A stretch of DNA of 64,000 bases from Tubiluchus corallicola. Taxonomy: Eukaryota > Animalia > Priapulida. Location of the stretch: the NCBI GenBank assembly GCA_030141605.1, contig JAQGDQ010000448.1, positions 62,001-126,000 of the forward strand, given 5' to 3'. The translations under genes and the position numbers were made by a program. How positions within the stretch are numbered: position 1 is the first letter of the stretch; each line of letters starts with the position of its first letter. Of this stretch, positions 1 to 11,499 are shown piece by piece. The notes beneath the pieces are model-generated. The model made no database searches. It saw only the letters and a program-made list of their open reading frames with translations, and had not been told where the DNA came from.

Positions 1-1751
1 TCAAAACAATGCTTACACTAAGATATTTTAGAGTACAGGCCATTCTGAGCGAAGTTTTGAAACTATTAAGTAAGTGAACACCTGGCGACACCATACAGTC
101 ACGCTGCAGACTTTAAAGTGGCTTGATTGATGGGAGAAAGTAGCAACTAAGAAGCGACTATTATCATTAGTAGAAGTTGGCAATTGTTAGCTGCTGTTAA
201 AGGAGTCACTCAAGCAATGTTAGACTATCTGAAGTTTTTGAAATAACTGCTACTTTCTGATGTTTATTCAGACATTTATAAAACTATGTTATGCCTGTAC
301 ACATATTAAGAGAAACTGTAATTTGAACAAGGATTGACTTTGCTGCTATCATTTAAGTATCAGACACGTAGTTATATCTTTAACTTTAATGTAACTAAAT
401 TTAACGGTAATGATAGTTTTTTCAGCCCAGTGCTAATTACACTAAATATGTGTTTGATTTCAACAAGAATGTTGATAATATTGTGTAATGCATATAATAG
501 TAGTTGAATAATGTGTATTTTAGTTCTTTGTTCAAATGCTTATCTTTGGCTTAATAACTAAGACAGTTTGTTTGGTGATGCTACATTAATTACGTTTTAG
601 CATCATTTGTAGTTAAAAGATGTTTGTAATTGTTCTGTTTGTTCGTGTGCTGTGTAATTCGTTTTTCATGACTTGGAGTCATTGCAGTGTAAATGGTTGA
701 ACAAAATTTTTTTCATGTAATAATAATTATGACAAGTTTTACCTTGGATGGTTGTACTTCATGTTGAAATATCAATACCTTACAACCAAGAAGAGGATTA
801 AGTCTGTCTTTTTAAAGTCAGTTTTTGACCAAAATGCGAAGTAAATGTCTGCTATTCTAACTTTGAAGGATAGTTAATGTAATCGCCATTGGTCAATTTC
901 GTGAAAATTAATAATAAAAATCACACACAATATTAATAGTATATTGTATTATCAGTACTAATCTTTGCCTTTTTAGATTTCCAAATTTGGCAATGCTAAG
1001 TATATTTAAATTTCATTAGTTGTGCTTTATTACAAGTTGCATTGCCTATGTACGTGGCGCCATCTTCATTTCATAAAGGGAAATACCAAAATGTACCTTA
1101 AATTAAATTCCATCTGTTTACTGATACGTTATGATAAAAATTACACAGATGAGTATTGCAGGAAGTAACAAGAAAAACACTACAGAAACATTTATAGTAC
1201 TCTAAATAACAAAAACTAATGAAGTTACATTTTTTAGTTATATTTTTATTTCAATTGATAAAAACGTGGTGTTGTGCTTCAATTTGTGCTGACAGGTGCT
1301 GTTTCATAATACGATTTTTTTAACATTATTGCTTAGTATTTAGTAGCTTGACAGGTTCATATTTTATGCGTTGATGATATTTTCAATTATCATAAAATAT
1401 TGCTTTTGTCTATATTTTTTGCAAAGCTTACTGTTTAAGATCGGCCTGATGCAACATTTATGTAGTAAAAATTACTAAAAAAATATAAACTTTTAATAAC
1501 AATTCCATTTCATATGAGAATAATTTCAGCAAACAATAATTATTAGAATTAAAGTATTAAAATAATAAAAAACTATTTGTTGGAATTTTAACAAAACTGT
1601 GAAAACGAGAATTCCCAAATAAACACACTTTTTTGAGATTATAATACGCAGTATTTTATTGGACATTAATAAACGTATTACTGCATTTCGTGTATTGTTT
1701 CCTTAATGTTACAAATTTTTTGTTTATTTTAAATAGATCACTGTTAATTGG

Positions 1752-1929
1752 AGTTTACCTAGTGTCCGGATGCGCGCGTGTTTTCACCTGCGGAAACAAT
1801 CTATAGTAATAGTTGTAGTAAAAGAACAACGCATACGCAGGCTGCATAAACGGGGGCATTTAAAAAATATACGTTTTACCTATTATGCACCCCCCCCCCC
1901 CAAATAAGAAACGTATGCGCATCCGTAAA
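1752..1929. mobile_element. Small decayed inverted-repeat (MITE-like) element upstream of onecut
   Basis: CGGATGCGC (1767-1775) is the inverted repeat of GCGCATCCG (1917-1925), extendable to GTTTAC/GTAAAC; internal GCACCCCCCCCCCCC run typical of short non-autonomous DNA elements. Confidence 0.4.
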
Positions 1930-2220
1930 CGCCAGTAGCAGCCATAAAGCCCATTAGTTACCCATATAAATAAATTCAAATTTATTTCAATTCTCTACAA
2001 ACTTTTGAGTAGAAGAAAAGTCCGTTATCTTTAAGCATAACAGTGTACTTGTACACTATGTAAAATGTAGTAAAAATTAATCTAATTAAAGAAGTTAAAC
2101 TTGGATAGAACAGCTCAGGCAAACTTCGCCAAATTGGTTAGTTGTATTTGTTTACTAGTTCAGAAATTTCTAAAATATTGGGTGTCTGTATTTACGCTGG
2201 CTGACAAGCAGAGAAGGTAA

Positions 2221-2250
2221 GTTACTGGCAACGCTCCCGGGCATGCGCAG
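2221..2250. promoter_or_regulatory. Putative onecut proximal promoter motifs (X-box-like GTTACTGGCAAC; NRF1-like GGGCATGCGCAG)
   Basis: Motif matches in a locally GC/CpG-richer patch ~220 bp upstream of the ATG; motif-only evidence. Confidence 0.3.
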
Positions 2251-2463
2251 TTTCATGTTAATCTGCGCAGCAAATAGTGCGCAATGGACCAGGCAAAGAT
2301 GGTAGGTTGGGAGCGTTTGTGTTAGTTGTGATGCAAAATTTCGATTTTTGGGCGTTTGGAACACCCCCAAAATATCTTTCAGCCACTAGGGAACAGATAT
2401 CTGACACATCCATTGCAGAGGTATATTTTGACATCGTGTAATCGATATATTAATCGAGTAAAC

Positions 2464-3757
2464 ATGGAATCAATGGATGAACTGCCAGACTCCAGCATCC
2501 AGGATGATGAAGATGAAACGAGTGTGTCTGTTCCCGTTACTGTCACAGATGAGTCGGGCGACGCTGTGACGTACACAGCTAGACGAGATGGGCGCAAAAT
2601 TACTGTTAGTGTTAGTGCTGTTGTTAAAGCTGAAGTGCCACTGAACTTACCTATAGACGATGATAGACAGGTAGCTGACGTTGAAACACCAAATCCAAAT
2701 GTGACAGTAGAACCGGTTGAAAGTGTTGACCAACCACCTCCGACGGTGAAATTAGAAAGCGATCCACTCATCAGCTCCAGTGATTTGCCATCTCCCGCAA
2801 GATCTTCGGAAGATACGCCATATCAGGAAACAGTGATTGTTGCTTTACCAACGGCTGCAATGTTAGACTCAAATGAATTCAGAACGGCAATGGTAGATCC
2901 TGCAGGTTACCATGCATTAAATGGCAGGATGTCACCATCGTATGGTTCTGGGAGTTATGCCACGTTGACGCCACTTCAACCACTCCCACCAATAAGCACA
3001 GTGGCTCCAATAGGCGACAAATATTTTCATCCTGGAAATGGTGTTACAGCTAGTTTTACGCTTATGCAGAACAGTTATAATAATAGCATCGCCATGGGAT
3101 TAAACACATACCAATACGACAAATTGACGTCGAACATTAGTTCAGGCCTTGGGTCGCCAACCCATCAAACCATGATACCAAGTATGGCAATGGTGAGCAA
3201 TGGACTAGGAATGCAAACACAAAACATTGGTTCACCATACAGTTACAGTCAGGGTGATTTACCATCACCAAAGTCACCTACAGCGTATGATGCTTACACA
3301 ACAGTCGCTGTAAAACGAGAAACACCACACAGTTTAACCACACAGAGTGAGCAAATTCACTCTCCCACATCACTGTCGAGTTTAAATGGCTGGCCGAAGC
3401 AGGAGCCAGATGACTCTCCTCCTCCTCCTATTACGTCGGTTACTCAAACATCGTTAGTGAACAGGGACAGGTTGACTCCAACTTCTTCTGTGTCGTCGAA
3501 GAACGGGTCAGGAGAAATGGAGGAAATTAACACTAAAGATGTGGCTCAGCGTATAAGCGCAGAGCTGAAAAGGTACAGCATTCCACAGGCAATATTTGCC
3601 CAACGAGTTTTATGTCGTAGTCAGGGCACTCTCAGTGATCTCTTGCGGAATCCTAAGCCTTGGAGCAAGCTGAAGTCAGGGCGGGAAACATTTCGAAGAA
3701 TGCACAAATGGTTAGAGGAACCAGAATTTCAGCGTATGTCGTCCTTAAGACTTGCAG
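2464..3757 (+). CDS. ONECUT: Onecut/HNF6-class transcription factor, coding exon 1 (N-terminus, TP box, CUT domain)
   Basis: ATG at 2464 within ORF 2356..3771; YATLTPLQPLPPISTV motif and CUT domain EEINTKDVAQRISAELKRYSIPQAIFAQRVLCRSQGTLSDLLRNPKPWSKLKSGRETFRRMHKWLEEPEFQRMSSLRLA; donor G|GTATTT at 3757/3758 (phase 1). Confidence 0.96.
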
Positions 3758-4687
3758 GTATTTTGCTTTAGTTAGCATTATGTATCTAATTTGGTAAAAC
3801 TTAAGAGCTTTTAAAAACCATCTCATTTTTAATACCTTAGTAATGGTTATTGTGAGTGGTGCAGACAGTTTTTTGCTGTATATGACAGTATGGCTAGCAT
3901 AATGACAACAAACTTTAATGAACATTTCGAATGCTTTCGCTGAAGCGAAAGTTGAAATGCAAGTTGCTGCCTTATCCGCCTTTCATCGACAATGACATAT
4001 TACAAAAACATAGCAGATTCATTTTTAAAATTTTAAGTAATTGCTGGATTAAAATATTGATGGATGTGATTTTATGAATTACATCAAAAATGGGACTTGC
4101 TCTCTTTATCAGGTAAAGTGCTGCAAAATGTTTGCGAGAAGCCGGCACAGTCGAGCCCATCTAAGTTTATATAGGCTTACAGTGTGCTGCAAGGGTAATT
4201 TCAAAAGTTTGTCTTCTGTACTGAAAATTCTTTAATGTACCATATTATCTATATTACATATTATTCTTAAAAAAGCAATATTTTTAATTTCAACATTTTA
4301 TTCCTTAGGTCATTTTTGGCTTCTGTTTTCATTTAACTAAAGTTATTCAAAAATGACACCAGAGTCAAGACTGTGCATGTACCTGTTGGCACAGCCTTTA
4401 TTAAACGTTTGGCAATATATGGCAACAGTGCATTGACATTTGTAGGTGAGCACGTGTGAGTAGACACAATTTTTATATAACTGCTTATCTCACCATTTTC
4501 ACCTGGAACCTTTTGCTAACATTCCATTACCTGCAGAAATTTCAGGCTCAAAATTAATAAAAAAGTCTAAATATAATTAGTTACAATCACTCAAGCAGTT
4601 TTGCATGAACAGTCTAACAATGGAAATACTAAATTTGGTTGGCCAGCTATAAGGAATGGACTTTGGACTGTCTTGAGCATTGAAAGA

Positions 4688-4755
4688 TGCTGTGGCCTAG
4701 TGGTCTGGGACACATTTAATGTGTGCAGAAAGCCCAAGTTCAAACCCAGGTTTAA
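4688..4755 (+). mobile_element. tRNA-derived SINE head or tRNA-like pseudogene relic
   Basis: Pol III A-box TGGCCTAGTGG (4693-4703) and B-box GTTCAAACC (4738-4746) at tRNA-like spacing, with a CACATT/AATGTG stem between them; no intact acceptor stem. Confidence 0.5.
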
Positions 4756-7700
4756 TCCCAACTTTTTTACGTTTTCTTTTCGTGTAGTTGTGGTCAGAAT
4801 TTAGTTCATTGTGGCTTTGTAATATCATTTACATATCTGCATTGATTTAATATAATGTACAGTAAAATACAGGTTTGTTAGTACAGAAAAGATGCACTCA
4901 TGGTTTAAAAATCTAGGAGTTAGAACGATAGTTTATATGATATTTCAGAATGCTGTAGAATGTGAATTAATTTAAAAAATGATTGTTTGTGCACGAAAAT
5001 AAGAACACCTGAAACATTTCGTGCACCACCAATCGGAAATGGAATTATAGCTTGTTCAGCACCTACTAGTAAGCGTTATTTTTAAAAATAGAACGTAAGC
5101 TTCAAAAGAAATTGCAAGCTGTTTGAATTTTTTTCATGTTATTGTAACGCAATGTTATTTGTGGCCACTTTAAATTTTGTGCTCTGCGGAAAGTAGACTG
5201 AATAGGTTCTTGTTTTTTCTTCTGTGTGCTCAACGCATCAAGGAGCAAGTAAAAGTTGCCACCAGACTTAATGTGTAGATACTGCCACAGTTTACTCAAT
5301 TCTTTTTAAATATGTTAAAAATAACACATTTAAATGGATAGCCAATGGCCATAAATTGATTTCACAACTTCACTGCGTTTCTAAAAAGCTAACATGCCAT
5401 TCGTGAATCTATTTCAACATAATGGAAACACAGTCAGTTAGACGGGAGAAAATTGCGTTGGCCTTTTTCTCAAAGAGCACACAGAGCAGCACTGCATGTG
5501 GCTGCTAGGATGCAAATGGTGGAAACGCTTTACAGTGTGCCTCGGCTTCTTCCTAAGCTGAAGCCATCATGTACAGTAGTAGTTATACAACAAAATGGAA
5601 GCTCTGTGTTAGCCAGGCTGATAGACTGGCTGTGTTGCGGATGCTGTACCACGTCTTTGAATAAAACGCTCTTTATGGCTACATTAAAACTGTTTTAATA
5701 TTCATAATAACTGCCGTACTACGGCTTCTGGAATAACTCACTCTCGTTATTTGTAAATTGATAATTTATGAGAAAGTCGATATAATAATGAGGGTTATGC
5801 TGTCTGTTAGGTTAGCAAAGTATATATTAACGACAGTAAGCTGTACGTTTCGTTCCTCTTAAGTGGCAGTTTGTATTGGGGTTTTGTTGTCTACTTGTCT
5901 ATACTACGCAGTGATTATGTACATTGGCAATATTTTTAATTTGACATCTTTAATCTGACTATAGCAACAGTAAAAAAATTAGTATTCAACAAAAAGAAAA
6001 TGACTTTGGAATTTCACGGTTGTTGCTCATGTGTTAGTTGTTTTACTTGATGATGTGTTTTTGATGTTTTTGATTGATTTCTGAAATCGTGTTATGAAGT
6101 TTTTGACTGTCGAACATATTTTGTGCAATAAGTTTTTTCGGCTATATAAATTCTTTAATAAAAGTTATAATACAGTTTTAAATGTTCTTTTGAAAAAATG
6201 GCTTAACGTTAAAAATACATGTAATTAGTGTTTGCCACCCGGTGTCAGACTATACAGACATGTTCGATAATACTATTTCCAATGATTGATATGATGACGC
6301 TTTATTGACGAGTGATTATACAAGTAGTAAATTTAGATTTTACCATTATAGTGATGGTATGATTAGAGTTAAACGATCCAACGTTTATTGAGTTTGATTG
6401 CTCTTTAAATCAGGGAACAGTTTTCATTTTGTTGAATGTTACGCCTGGGTGCTGCTGAAAATGTTAGGCCTAGTGTTCGCCCCTCTGTATGAGGGTAGTC
6501 TCTTTGTGTGTGGACTAGCAAACGGTAGAGTAGCTGCCGTACCGTTACAAAACCGCTGTAGGTGTAGGTTGCAGTCTTGACCTGGGCTAGATGAACTGCC
6601 GTTCCGTTCATTTACAGCTGCCAAGGGAACAATAACTCAGCATTTGTCCATTATTATGTTCACGTGCATCAATGCATACTGACAGCGCACTCATTATGAG
6701 CCTACAATAAAATTAACGCTCTACAGTTTAAGCGCAAAACAGGGAAGCTGCTTTGATACGTTATAATCGACTGCCACGCTACACAATGTTATGAGAACAC
6801 TCGGAGATTCTGAGATTGTAGAGAAATTCTGCAAAAAACTAAAAAAAGGACAGTCACACCGTGAAATAGAATAAAGATATTAAAAGTAGTGTCGATAAGA
6901 GTTAATATTTTTGGACAACGTTGTATGGCGATGGCAGTAAAACACGCAAAAAATCAGTAATTTGTTTAAGTTCATAATTTCAACTGCGCATTATTTCCCC
7001 TGATGTTGATGCTTGGAAAGGGGGTCTTCTTTCTCGGGCACAACGCCTATTTTTGCGGAATGCGTTTTTGACAAAAAGGCGTTTGTCCCATCTAACTAGG
7101 TATGGTTCCGAGTGTGTAATGCTGAAAAACTAACGAAATATATTCCGAGGTAATACTTCTTCATTGTCGATCATTCTCAGAAAAATTTGCGTTTTCCGTT
7201 ATTTTAAAACACGTGTTATTTTGAACTTTATGGTTCTGATTTTTTTTATTATTCGGTAAAACACTTTAATCGCTCGCGTCTTTTTCTAACAGACTGATTT
7301 CAAATAAACATCTGCTTAGCTGAAAAGCTATGGTAAACCTCATTGTATTGTGAATGTAGCTAGTTCTACACCAGTCCAGTCCTACTGCATCTCTTATTTA
7401 AATGGAGATAGTTTAAGTTAGCTGCTTTGTTAGTTTGTGAAGTTTGTGAAAGTAGCGGTAATGATGTCATAAGATGACTATTGTGATAATAATGTGTGTA
7501 ATTTCTATGCTAATAAAGTATTTTAATACTAAAATTGAAAGTTTCTTATAAATGAGCAATAATATTTTCAAATTGTTGCACATTACATGTTGCGCTTTTA
7601 TGTGGGAAAACGCCCTTTGTTAGGCTGTAATGGTGAAAATACAGTAAGGCTATTCATATATTATCCGTGTTAATACAACTGTTAAATTTCATTGCTTTAT

Positions 7701-7771
7701 TCTGTTATTCAGGAGAATGCATGTAATATGTTAGATGCGCATTTAGACTGTTTGTCTACAAAGTTTTATTT

Positions 7772-7915
7772 AGTGATGATGACAGCAACAAAACGGCAAA
7801 AGTAACAGTGATAACATGATGACAGCAATAAAATTGATGATGACAATTACGGTGACGATGATGATGATGATGATGGTGGTTGGTGGTGGTGGTATGATGG
7901 TGGTGTTGGTGGTAA
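7772..7915. repeat. Low-complexity trinucleotide tract (TGA/TGG/GAT)n
   Basis: gatgatgatgatgatggtggttggtggtggt...; accounts for spurious poly-His/poly-Ile ORF 7756..8031. Confidence 0.85.
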
Positions 7916-10900
7916 TATACAAAGAATATAATGATTATGAAGATAAAAAATATGATTATTATTATTAACATAGTGACACTGCATATAATTTTAAGATACT
8001 TGATGAACATTATCGTTTTGCCTAATTGCAATATTCAAAACAGAAAGTGCGTGTGAGTCACGATATTCAATTAAAGTTCTTAAAGCATAATGAGCATAAT
8101 TTATCAATGAAAATAGATTTTATTATAAAACTAATTTGGTTTAAATTTCAAGTAACTTATGTAGCAATATAGCGTATATTTGCAATGGTGGTGCATACAT
8201 GTTACTAGTTTACGCGTACTACATGTACTGTATGTGGTTTTAAATTTTAATTTATTTGTATAGTAGCTTTCTCACTTTTATGAATGTAACACTAAAAGTA
8301 AAGATGTTAAGGATGGTATTTTTTGTCTGTCGCGTTTCAGTTTTGGCTGATTTTCGTCGAGGATTTGAACTCTGTCAAGATTGCTTTCTTTAGCTCGTAC
8401 GCTTTTCTGAAATTCTGGCTCTTCAGCTTTGTTCACTTGTAGCAACAGATGGTGATATTTCAAAGCGTGGTAGTTTAGTACTACCACGTGATGCAACACA
8501 TACTACGCCATATTTGATGAAGGCTGAAACAATGTGCCCATTTCATCCTAATGTGGAGAATGTGAGCTCTGAGTAATGGTTGCTGCTTATTATTTTTTCC
8601 TCCACTTCTCGCGTTTGAATATTTTAACTCAAAAAGTTCAAGCTGTACAGAAATGAGAACACGTTGTAATTGAACATAATGTTCTATATTCGATAGAAAT
8701 CACGATTAATTTGTTTACATATAATGTGTTTCTCACTCTTCTTAGTATCTTATAGTAATAATTGTTGGGCACTTAAGTAAAAACCTGTAGTGTACTGCAG
8801 TATGCGTTTTCGCTGTGCTGTGCTGTAAGTGCCTAAAGTAAGTTACATTACAAATTGGCTTTAATGAAGTCCGCCCTTTATGAGGTTAATGACTGCTAGA
8901 AGGGGACCGCTTCTCGCTGCATGTAGGTCTACTAACCTACAGTTTCAGTATTTAATTTAACTACCAGACGGAAGCTGCAAGTTTTGTATAAATTTAACAT
9001 TTATACCGATCAAAAATAGAGTCGAATTGGCATGTTAAAAACCTTCTTTGCGAGGGAGCTCGATACTGTTGTTTGATACTCTCTACTTATTGGGGCTGTA
9101 AGTGTGCTTAAACCTGTTGAAAATTAAAGTTTGACGATGTCTCCCTCCCCCAAAAAAGAAAAAAAATATTTCATTTCAGCTAGTCGCTTTTTCGGATTTA
9201 AATTGGTTTGTTTCTGTACAACCATTGTTTAATACTTGTGTCATGTTGTGATGTAGACTGTAATGCTCACCTAACACCGTCATTAGCACACGCTTTTTAG
9301 TTCGATATTTTGTGGTTCCGTTACGTAATATATGTACAGGTTATGTGAGATGTTTAATTTGCGAGATGAAATGCTTAACTATTTTCATTTGTTATTTTTC
9401 ATGCTTGCCTGGGATGTTACCTTCCGCACTGCATTCTCGTTCAGGTATGTTATTTTATTCTAATATTATTACTTTTTCGTTTGTTTATACGTATAGAAGG
9501 AGGTAAGATTAAATAAACCATCCAAGACCCAGTACACTGCCTACACATTTGTGTTTAAACTTTGTTGTGACTGTTTATTTTTTAACGTGCACATTTCACG
9601 TATTTTGAACTTGTCGCACATTTCACGTATTCTATCGTCTCACATCCCGTAGTTCTTCATAAAAAGCTTTTTGTACCGTACTGTGTGGACCGTACATCTT
9701 TTCATTAGGACTCGGGTAAAGGCGCGTAATAACATTAACCATTTAAGTTTATTATAAGAATTTGTAATAGGCAGTGATCCTAACAAAAAAATTATCTTGA
9801 GTGAAAATTGTATAAATTTATTACTGCTACGTGTCAGAGCTTGAAAGTTCCCGGAATGTGTATGGCTTCATCTGTAAAGCCATGAATTATCGATCCTGTC
9901 GTTTTGAATGAAGCAGGTCTTGTCACATTCAAGCAGGTGTAATTTATAGAGTGCTCCTGTAACCAAACTGTGAAGTGTAGCAAGCCGCATTACTGCTTGA
10001 AAGGAGAAGCATGTTGCATGTTCTTCTTTGCTATGAATAAAAGAGCGTTCATGATCATAAGCGCTATGGGAGTGTAAAGTGTTGAATTCATAGATGCATT
10101 TTTGCCCATGTTACTAAATGTTACTTCGCTCACTGTGCACATACGAATAAACTGTTAACGAGTAAGCATGCTTGTGAACTAGAAAGGGCTTACAAAAATT
10201 ACCCACTATCTAAGTGATCCGAAGGTTCCATGGTAGATCAAGCTTCACTTGCCAAACGCCCCATCATAATTAATGGGGACTCGTCATGCGAAAGCTACCT
10301 GATATTTACCGGCTCTTTTTCAATAATCAACGTGGACTATCCTTTAAAGGTGAGACACCGAGATAAATATCTGACTGCTTGCTATGTGTTTTAGTTACTT
10401 GAGTCAAGCAGCGCCGAACTGGTTGGCCGGTAGTGTCAATATTCATTCTGGTCAGTTTCATCCTCATACTGCCGCCAGCTATTTTTTTCGTTGACATGGG
10501 ATGTACACACATCCATGTCACACTACTGCTGGTTCACTGTCTTCGCCAACCGATTTCCAAAGTTTTTCGGCATTTTTTATATAAGCTGCAGCCAAAAAAG
10601 ATATTCCAGAAGAGCGGATTTTTCCTATGTGGTGGGACAGATGGGTGGCCCTAAAAGTGAACTAGCGTTACGGGTACATGGCTCCAAATATCCTACCTTG
10701 ATCATTACACTGCAAACGTAAGCAGACGATTGGTTTATTTCAGTGCTTATTTTGCTTGTTTTATTTTAGGAAATTCTGGTCATTTTCAGGAAAGGTGCTG
10801 TCACTTAAATGCTCACTAAAGACACTGCTGTGTTTTAACTTACGGTTATAAATTTAAATCAGAGGTTACCATCTCTTTAAGTGCCGAGTCATTATGTAAG

Positions 10901-10962
10901 ACGGCGGATTTGTTTGATTTTGGACGTTTCGTGCGTGGTTGTTGGTATATGTGAGTGTTGAT

Positions 10963-11499
10963 CATGGGTTTCCAACCTTAGGGTCGCGAAGCATTTTTCG
11001 TGGGGTCGTGGGTTAGTCGAAAAATTCATTTTAAAAAATGCCGTTTTCATGAAAAGTATGTAAGTAGGTCATGTTTCCTTAGTATCTCGTTACATCATTT
11101 TGTTCTGGAAAGTGAAACTGGATTTCCCGCTGTAAATGCTGTGTACCAGTGCTTGATTTTCGGGGAAAATGAAAATGCGCGTTGTTCCATACTGTACACT
11201 TGTGTATAGTGTACACCGCCCGAAAGAGTGCCGCAATTAATTTTACGTCGGATCTCCTTGGATACCTATTGCATTGCAAAATTGGTCGCTGGGAAACAGG
11301 CGCAACCATCACATTAATTAATTAGTGAAATAGTGAATCACTCATTGTTCAATAATTTGTTGAATAGTAAGTTAAAACTAATAAATGTGAGCGATAATGT
11401 GCTTAATAATATAACATGTGATTATGTTCTTCATGCGGTCGCGATATGATGCAAGGTTCTGGAAAGGGGTCGCCGTCAACAAAAGGTTGGGAACCACTT
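10963..11499. mobile_element. hAT (Charlie-like) MITE, ~537 bp
   Basis: Imperfect TIRs CATGGGTTTCCAACCTT ... AAGGTTGGGAACCACTT; subterminal GGGTCGC motifs at both ends; 8-bp TSD GTGTTGAT (10955-10962) / GTGTTGGT (11500-11507). Confidence 0.8.

Noticed and set aside
32-77. Possible terminal exon of an upstream gene (TTTTAG|A-VQAILSEVLKLLSK*) followed by UTR-like sequence and AATAAA near 913
   Set aside because: Too short to recognise and upstream exons are outside the window; cannot be supported.
2379-2771. 130-aa antisense ORF
   Set aside because: Shadow of onecut exon 1 on the opposite strand; Ser/Thr-rich with no domain.
7756-8031. Poly-His/poly-Ile ORF
   Set aside because: Translation of a trinucleotide repeat tract.
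9589-9631. 16-bp direct repeat GCACATTTCACGTATT x2
   Set aside because: Local slippage duplication; only two copies, not an array.
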